A program made the position numbers and the translations under genes. Shown in pieces: positions 21,021-29,250 of a stretch of DNA of 64,000 bases. The stretch spans positions 9,429 to 73,428 of IMG/VR virus record IMGVR_UViG_3300032249_001455. One strand, written 5' to 3'. Within the stretch, counting starts at the first letter, position 1. Each line of letters starts with the position of its first letter. Source of the stretch: a virus. The notes beneath the pieces are model-generated. The model was given only the letters and a program-made list of their open reading frames with translations. It ran no database searches and was not told where the DNA came from.

Positions 21021-21796
21021 ATAGGCCATTTTCTGCGGATTAGAAAGCCGCCGGGCTCCTTCTCCAGCCATTTTTTAAATCCTATTTTTCCTTCGCTCGT
21101 CTGCATCGCCTGTCTCTGCTGGATTCCGATGGTCTTGGGCGACTGTGATCCCATGGGCGTCGCCCTGTCCGCAGGCACGAAAAGCGGTTTGTTGTAGGTC
21201 GTATTGGGAAGCTGCTGTGGCCTTGCGAAGGAGTTCGTGTTTTTTATGTCGGCCAGCGTGGCATCAAAACTTCTGTTGGTTTTGTGGTCGTACACGCTGA
21301 ATTCTATCTGGTCGTCCGGCTCCTCAATGCTTTCCTGTTCAAGTATTTCTTCTATTCCCGATGATAGCTGTCCTTTCTTGTTTGCGTCGTATCCGAAAAG
21401 TTCTATGTTGTTTGATCTGACCGCAATCCACCCTTCGTTCTTCATCACATAAAGGCGTGCGTCACCTCCACCTCCAAGAAGCTTGTAAACCTCCATGTTG
21501 ATCCCGAGCTTCTTGATTATCAATTCGGCCACTTTGATCGAGGCGACTCCGCGTTCAAGGAGTGCGTAACGGATCGCCTCTAGTAGTTCGGATGTGCTTG
21601 TGAAGGGTTCGTCGTGAATTCCCAGGTCTTCGGTGTCCAGGCCTAGTTCCTGGGCATAGTCCATGATTCTGTCTACATGGTCGGCCGCTATAGAATTCAA
21701 GGCGACCATTTCGTGGTTCTGATCTCCCACGTCGCCGTCCGCGAATTCAACTTGGCCCCCTTGAATCCAATATTCCCCTCTGATCTTCGCCATCAC
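21017..21796 (-). CDS. Hypothetical protein
   Basis: 259 aa; C-terminal GFKKWLEKE motif. Confidence 0.7.
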   Translation of the reverse strand: MMAKIRGEYWIQGGQVEFADGDVGDQNHEMVALNSIAADHVDRIMDYAQELGLDTEDLGIHDEPFTSTSELLEAIRYALLERGVASIKVAELIIKKLGINMEVYKLLGGGGDARLYVMKNEGWIAVRSNNIELFGYDANKKGQLSSGIEEILEQESIEEPDDQIEFSVYDHKTNRSFDATLADIKNTNSFARPQQLPNTTYNKPLFVPADRATPMGSQSPKTIGIQQRQAMQTSEGKIGFKKWLEKEPGGFLIRRKWPI

Positions 21797-22182
21797 ATGC
21801 TCCCGGGCTGGGGCTGGAAGTCCTGGGACATGAGTTTGTCAAGGTCTTCTATTCCAACGAGGAACTTCCTCTCGTCGGGAGTTCCGTCTATCTTGACGAA
21901 TCCGCCTTCCCCGTCGTCCTTGTACTGTCTGTTTGTAATGGACTTGTCCGTCGTCTGCTTGACGAGAGCGTGCGTTATCTTTCCGTTATGGTCGCGCTTG
22001 AATCCAAGGACCTTGTACGGGGCTATGTTGCTTGCGGTCTTTCCGAACGAGAAGAAGCTTGCGACCTGAGGCTCGTGCTCGAGGTCGGAAGGCTTTATGC
22101 CCAGTTCGTCCCTGATCGAAGACAGGAAGGGATGCTTGTTCTCCTCCTCGCGGAGGAATTCGGAAAAAGTTTTTTCGGCCAT
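21793..22182 (-). CDS. Hypothetical protein with T4 capsid-targeting-like N-terminus
   Basis: MAEKTFSEFLREE. Confidence 0.7.
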   Translation of the reverse strand: MAEKTFSEFLREEENKHPFLSSIRDELGIKPSDLEHEPQVASFFSFGKTASNIAPYKVLGFKRDHNGKITHALVKQTTDKSITNRQYKDDGEGGFVKIDGTPDERKFLVGIEDLDKLMSQDFQPQPGSM

Positions 22183-22223
22183 ACAAAAGATATATATCTG
22201 GGTCGCGATTTTTTAGGAGAAGC

Positions 22224-22616
22224 ATGGCTAGTCCGGCATTTTCAGACTTCCGAGAGCTAATGGACAGGTGGGACGCTTCATCGCACCTGTTTTCCGAGAA
22301 CGACCTGTGCATGTTCTTCAGGAAGGACGGCGTCCTGTACGGAACTACCGAGCCGGGAAGGATAACGTTCGCCCGGATGAAAAACCCCGAATCCAAGGAG
22401 GACGAGGACTGGATGAAGGACGCCACGTTCGTCGCCTACGACCTGGAGAAGACTGCCTCTGGGGAGAAGTCCATGTCGGTCTTCGGACACAAGGAAGCGT
22501 CCAAGGCCAAGATCGTCAGTCAGGGCGACGCGGAGAAGGAGCTGAAGAAGAAGGGCAAGAGCCTTCCTGTCATCAGCGACGATCAGGAACAGGACCGAAC
22601 AATCGGCGAAAAATGA
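22224..22616 (+). CDS. Hypothetical protein
   Basis: 130 aa, AGGAG SD. Confidence 0.7.
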   Translation: MASPAFSDFRELMDRWDASSHLFSENDLCMFFRKDGVLYGTTEPGRITFARMKNPESKEDEDWMKDATFVAYDLEKTASGEKSMSVFGHKEASKAKIVSQGDAEKELKKKGKSLPVISDDQEQDRTIGEK

Positions 22617-22795
22617 CCAAATTCACAACAATAGAAAGCTGGGCCAGCAACATAGGCTATGTCGTGGAGAAAAACGACGGCGGATTCGTATGGTACAAGG
22701 AGCACGCCTTGACGTTCCACAGGTGTTCCTCCGCCGAAGAGGCGGCCGAGCAAATACTTTCCGAAATCCGCCATTCGCTGGGAGCGTCCGAATGA
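22613..22795 (+). CDS. Small hypothetical protein
   Basis: ATGA overlaps at both ends. Confidence 0.6.
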   Translation: MTKFTTIESWASNIGYVVEKNDGGFVWYKEHALTFHRCSSAEEAAEQILSEIRHSLGASE

Positions 22796-23454
22796 CCCTG
22801 CCCTTCGGCGACTCTACGGGCAAATACGTGTGCTTCTGCTGCGGAGTACAGTTCTCGGAATACGACGAGTTCAGGAATCACATAATTGAAAGCCACGAGG
22901 AGGGCAGGGAGTATGTCCGGTGTCCCCTGGAACACTGCAAGGCTCCCGTGAGAGACGTCAAGCTCCACATGAAGGTTAAGCACCCGAACTTCGACCTCCG
23001 CAACTTCAAGGGACAGGCAAGAGCCATAATATGGCACGACTTCTCCGCCAAGGGCAAGAAGACGAGAAAGCCCAAATTCAAGCAGGGCAAGTACGAGTCC
23101 ACCAAGACCGGAAAGATACTGGGCTACCGGTCGGGACTTGAGGAGAAACTATACAAAGTGCTAGACCAGCACGACGAGGTCATGTCTTTTTATTCGGAGC
23201 CTTTTAACATAGACTACATCCACAAGGGTCAGGCTCACAAGTATACGCCTGACCTCATCGTCAACTTCATGGACGGCAGGAGGCAGGTGTGGGAGGTCAA
23301 GCCATCCAACCAGACCGATCTCGAGGTGAATAAGAACAAGTGGAGGGCCGCCGAGGAGGCCTGCAAGATCAGGGGCTGGGAATTCAAGGTCTTCACGGAG
23401 CAGGGAATCGACAAACTGGCGGTTGAAGTCAGAAGGCAGAAACTGGATGATTGA
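22792..23454 (+). CDS. C2H2 zinc fingers fused to TnsA-N-like PD-(D/E)XK endonuclease
   Basis: CFCC..H....H and CPLEHC..H....H; YRSGLE, YTPDLIV, EVKP. Confidence 0.8.
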   Translation: MTLPFGDSTGKYVCFCCGVQFSEYDEFRNHIIESHEEGREYVRCPLEHCKAPVRDVKLHMKVKHPNFDLRNFKGQARAIIWHDFSAKGKKTRKPKFKQGKYESTKTGKILGYRSGLEEKLYKVLDQHDEVMSFYSEPFNIDYIHKGQAHKYTPDLIVNFMDGRRQVWEVKPSNQTDLEVNKNKWRAAEEACKIRGWEFKVFTEQGIDKLAVEVRRQKLDD

Positions 23455-23537
23455 AATCAGGGATGGAACCACGAGAAGGTGATGCGCAACTTGGGGGGCT
23501 ACTGCGGCAAAACAGTCCCCGGCGACTAGATATCGTC

Positions 23538-24344
23538 ATGGAATTCAGGGACTTCATGATCAACGAGTATGCGAGAAAACTCGCCAAGGCGTACGCTGAC
23601 ATCCTCAGGGACGTGCCCCAGAGTCCCGAACACCATCCCGAGGGAGCCGTCCTCAATCATGTCAGACTCGTAAGGAAGGCGATATCCGCCGCCATAGAGG
23701 AACTGAAGATCCTGAAGTCGGACCCCATCCTTGGTGATGTTCTCGCCAACCTGGATTTCAACATGACCGCCGAGGACATGAAAATACTCAATACGGCCGC
23801 ATGGCTCCACGACATCGGCAAATTTTCATCCACCACAATAGATGGAATCCACTTCAGTAGCGCAGCCGGTAAGGACGGAAAGATACAGGCGATCGGGCAC
23901 GAGACGCCCGCACACTACCAACCCCAGATCGACAAACTTTCCGGTCTGGCCCCCAAGGAGCTGGTAGACTTCTATGAGACGCACAGGGACGTCATCAACT
24001 TTCTCATAGAACGCCACATGGATTTCGCCCACGGAGGATTCGGCAAGGGGGTCATCGCCAGCTATTTCGAAAACGGAAGGATCAAGAACGACAGGAAGAT
24101 CAGACTTCTTCTTGTTCTAATGTGGTCCGACAAGATGGGTCGGGGAAAGGTGGCCGACCTCTCGGACAACATATTGAAGCTAAAGTCTGCGTCCGAAAAG
24201 AGCAGGCAGAACCATGCCAAACTTTCAAAGCAATCCAGGCCGTTCCAAGGCGGAGAGGACGACTTCAGAGCCATGCTGAAGCAGAGGGGACTTTCGGACA
24301 AGGACATAGAATCCGCCGTCACCTCCAAATTCGGATTCCGATAG
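23538..24344 (+). CDS. HD-domain phosphohydrolase (CCA-adding enzyme HD-like)
   Basis: VPQSPEHHPEG..H, AAWLHDIGK, GHE, RHM, SD; start at MEFRDF. Confidence 0.8.
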   Translation: MEFRDFMINEYARKLAKAYADILRDVPQSPEHHPEGAVLNHVRLVRKAISAAIEELKILKSDPILGDVLANLDFNMTAEDMKILNTAAWLHDIGKFSSTTIDGIHFSSAAGKDGKIQAIGHETPAHYQPQIDKLSGLAPKELVDFYETHRDVINFLIERHMDFAHGGFGKGVIASYFENGRIKNDRKIRLLLVLMWSDKMGRGKVADLSDNILKLKSASEKSRQNHAKLSKQSRPFQGGEDDFRAMLKQRGLSDKDIESAVTSKFGFR

Positions 24345-24354
24345 CTCTCTGAAT

Positions 24355-25404
24355 GTGATGGCCAAGACACCCCTCTACGTATTCCAGTGGATATCCGACC
24401 TCGGCGGAGCGGACACCAGACTCAAGGAACTTCTGATCCTTCTGAAGGACGACTTCGAAATAACCTGCATTCCGAACGACGAGTTCAGGCTCAAGGAAAA
24501 GCACAATACTGACTTTCTTGACTTCCATGGAATCAAATACTGCATGCCCTCGTCCCTTCCCAAGAAGTTGGATGGTTTCGCCTATGCGAACTGCAACTTC
24601 CGACTATTCGACGAGAGGGAGAGGATAGATTTCATATGCGGAACTGGACTCAGGCTCCTCTGGTCTAATGACATGATGTGGACCACCGCCAACGAGCTGG
24701 CGGGCATATCGAGGAAGCAGGTGGACTGCTGCCTCTTCACCTCGCCCTTCCACAGGGATGTCATAGGCCCCAGCACATTCAAGGCCAGACCCGATCAGAA
24801 GGCTGCCATACTGGACAACTACTTTGACAGCTCCACATGGGAGTACGTCGACAGGCCCACGAGGGATTCGGTTGTTTGCGGGAAGCACAGCAGGAACGAC
24901 ATGATGAAGTTTTCCGAGGATTTCCCCATGTTCTATGAGTCCGCAACAAAGGGCCTGCCGGTTTCCTACAGGGTCATGGGATGGAGCAAGGAGATATCAA
25001 AAAAGTACTCGTGGTTTAGTTTCTCCGACAGGTGGAGTCTTCTCAACACCAACCAGGAGCCGACCCGGAATTATCTTTCATCCATAGACATCTTTCTTTA
25101 CAACTGCAACCATAGGTTCATAGAGAACCAGAGCCGCGCCGTGATAGAGGCGCAGCTGACGGGCTGTCCAATTGTGGCTCCCGGCAAGTGGAACTTCCCC
25201 AACATGGTCTGGGACAAGAGGACGGGCTTTCTCTGGGAGGATCTGGATGAACTCAGGGAGGTCATGGGAGACCTCATGAATGGCGAGTTCAGAAAGAAGA
25301 TCGGCAGGCTCGCAAGCCATGCGACCAGGGAGATATGGTGCGATAAGGAGTCTGCCAAAAGGAAGTGGAACGCGGTTCTCAACTATGTAGGAGGTGCCGG
25401 TTGA
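24355..25404 (+). CDS. GT-B (GT4-like) glycosyltransferase
   Basis: GGADTR, DIFLY, ENQSRAVIEAQLTGCPIV, TGFL. Confidence 0.8.
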   Translation: MMAKTPLYVFQWISDLGGADTRLKELLILLKDDFEITCIPNDEFRLKEKHNTDFLDFHGIKYCMPSSLPKKLDGFAYANCNFRLFDERERIDFICGTGLRLLWSNDMMWTTANELAGISRKQVDCCLFTSPFHRDVIGPSTFKARPDQKAAILDNYFDSSTWEYVDRPTRDSVVCGKHSRNDMMKFSEDFPMFYESATKGLPVSYRVMGWSKEISKKYSWFSFSDRWSLLNTNQEPTRNYLSSIDIFLYNCNHRFIENQSRAVIEAQLTGCPIVAPGKWNFPNMVWDKRTGFLWEDLDELREVMGDLMNGEFRKKIGRLASHATREIWCDKESAKRKWNAVLNYVGGAG

Positions 25405-26237
25405 AGACTCTCATATGGTCCGTAGCGTGGGGCGACTACAGATACATGCTTCAGTCCCTCATGAGTTCCATAAGGAATGTCGGGATAGAACACGACATTC
25501 TGACGTTCACCGACCAGCCCATTTCGGGCGTCGTCTCATGCGAGATAGACAAGGGCATAAATCTTGACTTCAAGCAGTACTGGAAATTCCACTACCTCAA
25601 GAAGATCAAGGATCTTGACTACGACCTCTTCGTATTCATAGACAGCGATCATTTCTTCGTGCGAAGGCCCGAGAAGGACTTCCACCAGATTATCGGGGGA
25701 GACCCGTGGCATTCCTTCCTAGAGTCGCCCATCAACTCCCCGAGAACCAAGAGGGGCGACTGGTGGGGCGTCCCCAACGACGCCATGGTGGAACTCTACA
25801 GGGGATTCGGCGCAAACCAGCGTGAGATATACAGCACGAACGGAGGCTTCTGGATGTGCAGGAGGGAGTTCATGGATCACGCGGCAGACACGGGACTGCT
25901 CTTCGGCGAATATCAGAGGGGCAAGGGTCTAGACCTCCCGGAGGAGGTCGCCATATCGGTTCTCTCGCACATGTTCAGCATGAACTATGAAGATAGATTT
26001 CATTACAGACATATGGACATATGGGCGAGCGAGTGGACGGGAGTCATGAAGGACAGACTTCCCGACGGTTCGTTCTGGGATTTCCAGGAATACATGACCA
26101 TGGAGACCAAGAGCGTCAATCCCGCCATAGTCCACGCCATGAGGAGCAAGAACGCCCTAGTGGAGAATGGAAAAGAGATACTGAATCGCTCCGAATCAAG
26201 GGAATTCCAAGATTGGTTCGGGCAAATTGCCCGCTAA
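25401..26237 (+). CDS. GT-A glycosyltransferase
   Basis: FVFIDSD, NGGF, IVH; TTG start overlapping previous stop. Confidence 0.7.
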   Translation: MKTLIWSVAWGDYRYMLQSLMSSIRNVGIEHDILTFTDQPISGVVSCEIDKGINLDFKQYWKFHYLKKIKDLDYDLFVFIDSDHFFVRRPEKDFHQIIGGDPWHSFLESPINSPRTKRGDWWGVPNDAMVELYRGFGANQREIYSTNGGFWMCRREFMDHAADTGLLFGEYQRGKGLDLPEEVAISVLSHMFSMNYEDRFHYRHMDIWASEWTGVMKDRLPDGSFWDFQEYMTMETKSVNPAIVHAMRSKNALVENGKEILNRSESREFQDWFGQIAR

Positions 26238-26292
26238 TTGTTCGCACGCAATTGATATATATGTGGGCTGACATGATCCTCATGGAGTAGAA

Positions 26293-26556
26293 ATGAGCAT
26301 AAAAATATCCGAGTTGCCCTCGGGAACGGCGGGACAGAACGATGTTGTTCCCGTCGCGAACGCTGCGGGGACGCAGACTAGCAAGGTCACTCTCATGGGA
26401 ATCGCTTCTCTTGCCACAAAGCATACTGTTGGTTTGGGAAAGATAACCGCGAACAATATTGTTTCATTTTCGGGACTGGACAATTCCGAGGTTAAGTTTG
26501 GCGGAGGGGGAGAGATTCTCTATAAGGAATCCGTAGTGGACGGGGGAGTTTTTTAA
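26293..26556 (+). CDS. Small putative virion protein
   Basis: MSIKISELP N-terminus (shared with gene at 63327) and C-terminal VDGGVF. Confidence 0.55.
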   Translation: MSIKISELPSGTAGQNDVVPVANAAGTQTSKVTLMGIASLATKHTVGLGKITANNIVSFSGLDNSEVKFGGGGEILYKESVVDGGVF

Positions 26557-26559
26557 CTG

Positions 26560-29238
26560 ATGTCCAACATAATCAGGCACAAGAGAACTTCGGTTTCAGG
26601 AAGGATTCCTTCCGTAGGCCAACTAGTAACCGGCGAACTCGCCATAAACTGCGCCGACGGCAAGGTTTTCACCAAGAAGACTAACGGCGAGGTCATAGAC
26701 ATATCAGTTCAACAGTCCATAGACGGAGGGGAAATAATTTATGACTCGCTCCGCCAGGGGCTGCTGGGATTTTGGCTGTTTGACAGCGTGGTCGGAAGCG
26801 TGGCCGATGTGTCTGGCAACAACACTCCTCTTTTAGAGGGCTTTCTTTCCGAAAAGAAGCAGAGGCTACAGTCGCCAAATATCCTCGGTCCGCAGGAATC
26901 CTCGCTTGAACTGTCCAAAAACAACTTTTTTTACTCCCAAACTAATTTCCCGACGAGAAAGACCGTGGCTTTTTGGCTGAGGGTATTGGCCACGGAACCC
27001 TTCAGCGGCCCCGCGGATCCGGCCAACACGATTGTTTCGTTTGATTCATTCGCCGAAACAAACGGTCCGAGAATCCGACTTGGAACGGGAGGAAGCGTAG
27101 AGTGGGTCAACGTGCGGACTGCGGGCGAAAATCCAGAGGTGGTCACCTCAGGAGACGACGCCGTCGCCGGAGGATGGCGCCACTACGCATTCGTCTACGA
27201 CGATCAGGCGGGAACGGCGATTCATTACGAAAACGGCGAACTTGTAGATTCGGCCTCCATTGGCGGAGCCCTGCAGAACGCGGTTGACGGCAAATTCGTC
27301 ATCGGACTCCACAACACAACCCCCGTACAAATGGACTGCCTTGGCGTTTGGAGCAGGGTCCTGACGGCAAATGAAGTGAAGCGGCTGTTCGGCCCGTCGG
27401 AGGACGCCTCCACGAACATATCGCAGGGCAATGTCTATAGCGTGGTCGCTCCGGATAGACCGCAGATAGACCTGGAACAGTTCATGTTGTTCAACTTCTC
27501 CGACGCGATAACGAACATCGCGGTTTCCGTAGAGGGTTCTTCTTCGGCCATCTTTCCGGAGTTCTCGACAAGCGTCACCGACTATGGCGTCAAAACTGCC
27601 TCTTCTGCCGCGGGAGCCTTGGCCATCTTCACGTTGACCGTCAACGGAAACTCCTTTTCCGCCGTGGGGTCAGTGAACAAGCTGATCCGTGTCTCCAGCG
27701 GATCGCAGGAGTACTACATCAGGCTTCTTCCGTCCGACATCCAGTACGGGACATTAATCACTCCGCCAACGGAGAATTACATTCCCGGATATTACATCAC
27801 GACAAGCAGAAGGGACATAGTCGCCGAAAACTACAACATCGTATACAACGAACACGGCCTGCCCATATGGTACGTGCAAAACGCAGGCTCGCCCCACCTC
27901 GCCCAGCACGGCAACGACCGCAACAAGATCGGCGTAAGCCGCAACGGAACGGGAGCCCGCTATTCGATGACAGTGGGAAACACGGACATCAGCGCCCGCC
28001 AGTTAGAGTTCTTGCCCACAACTCGCAACGGAAACCCTTACCAGTACGTCTTCGGCAACCACGAGTTTTTGGAGGTCAAGAGTCCTCCGGACCGCCGAGG
28101 CAACATCATATACAACCACTTCATCGCGACGCCCTCGAACGGATCGCAGGCGCTCACGGACAAGTCCTACGGAGTGTATGTTCAGGAGCAGCGTCCGAAC
28201 GGCACCATCGGCTGGGAGTGGTGGACTTCTGACGCCTTCGATCGGACGACGCTCGCCCGCAACGCTTCGTTCTTCCACATGAACTCGGTAGACTCGCATC
28301 CTGTCACCGGCGACATGCTCCTCAGCTGCCGCCAGTGTTCTGCAATCGTATGCCTTGATCATGAGACAAAAGCCGTCAAGTGGGTGTTGCAGGGATCATC
28401 ACAGCTGTGGGGCGGAATCGCGCAGACGGCCAACGCCACGACTCTGGCCAACGCCAAATTCCTAGAGCTTGATGGCGAACCCACGCTGGAAAGCGGTTAT
28501 GAGTATCTGGGCCCGGAGGGGCAGCATCATGCTCGGTGGTGTCCCCACATAGATCCGATCACCCCGGGCAACCAGATCATATCAGTTTTTGACAACCAGG
28601 TGGGCTTTTTCCCGGGCAGTTCAAACTCGCAGAAAACCGTCGCCGCTTTGTCGCGCAGCGGAACGACCGCAACGGCGACCGTAGCAAATCACGGGTATGC
28701 GACGGGAGCGTATGTGAAGATGACGGGAGCCACGCCCGGCAACTTGAACGGCGTATATGCCATAACGGTGACCAACACCAACACCTTTACATATACCACC
28801 GCCACAAGCGGCTCCGCAACGGCGACGGGATCGGTCAAGGCACAAAGAGCCCAGACCTATTTCCCCCACAGCGACGACCCCCGAGCGGTCGCCAGAGGCG
28901 TAATATACGAAATTGATCTGGTCAACAACAAGGCCATTCACCGTGCAAGCGTGTTTGCCCGATACGGCACGGTCAACTATCGCGGAAGCGGCTATTTGGG
29001 AAGCTATCAGGTTGAACTTCACGACAACGGCGAATATGTCCACATACTGAACTTCACCCAGCAGCACCCGCAGCTTGTGGAGTATGCCGACGGAGGAAAC
29101 GGATGCCAGCCGGGCGAAGTCGTTCTCGCGATGGATTTCCCCGGCGACCTGTACAGAATCACAAAAGTTTCCAAGGACTATTTCGATTTGGACTTCTTGC
29201 GTTTGACAGCCGGCAAGACCGTAACATTTGTCACCTGA
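26560..29238 (+). CDS. Tail-fibre-like protein: anchor + LamG + arylsulfotransferase (ASST) domain
   Basis: IRHKR..P....L..GELAIN.ADGK anchor, IDGG, LamG (WRHYAFVY), ASST motifs HEF/HMNS/SCR/QHHA/FDN. Confidence 0.75.
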   Translation: MSNIIRHKRTSVSGRIPSVGQLVTGELAINCADGKVFTKKTNGEVIDISVQQSIDGGEIIYDSLRQGLLGFWLFDSVVGSVADVSGNNTPLLEGFLSEKKQRLQSPNILGPQESSLELSKNNFFYSQTNFPTRKTVAFWLRVLATEPFSGPADPANTIVSFDSFAETNGPRIRLGTGGSVEWVNVRTAGENPEVVTSGDDAVAGGWRHYAFVYDDQAGTAIHYENGELVDSASIGGALQNAVDGKFVIGLHNTTPVQMDCLGVWSRVLTANEVKRLFGPSEDASTNISQGNVYSVVAPDRPQIDLEQFMLFNFSDAITNIAVSVEGSSSAIFPEFSTSVTDYGVKTASSAAGALAIFTLTVNGNSFSAVGSVNKLIRVSSGSQEYYIRLLPSDIQYGTLITPPTENYIPGYYITTSRRDIVAENYNIVYNEHGLPIWYVQNAGSPHLAQHGNDRNKIGVSRNGTGARYSMTVGNTDISARQLEFLPTTRNGNPYQYVFGNHEFLEVKSPPDRRGNIIYNHFIATPSNGSQALTDKSYGVYVQEQRPNGTIGWEWWTSDAFDRTTLARNASFFHMNSVDSHPVTGDMLLSCRQCSAIVCLDHETKAVKWVLQGSSQLWGGIAQTANATTLANAKFLELDGEPTLESGYEYLGPEGQHHARWCPHIDPITPGNQIISVFDNQVGFFPGSSNSQKTVAALSRSGTTATATVANHGYATGAYVKMTGATPGNLNGVYAITVTNTNTFTYTTATSGSATATGSVKAQRAQTYFPHSDDPRAVARGVIYEIDLVNNKAIHRASVFARYGTVNYRGSGYLGSYQVELHDNGEYVHILNFTQQHPQLVEYADGGNGCQPGEVVLAMDFPGDLYRITKVSKDYFDLDFLRLTAGKTVTFVT

Positions 29239-29250
29239 TGGTTTAAAAAA

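Noticed and set aside
22792-23454. Tn7-like transposon
   Set aside because: Only a TnsA-N-like domain; no TnsB/C/D or transposon ends.
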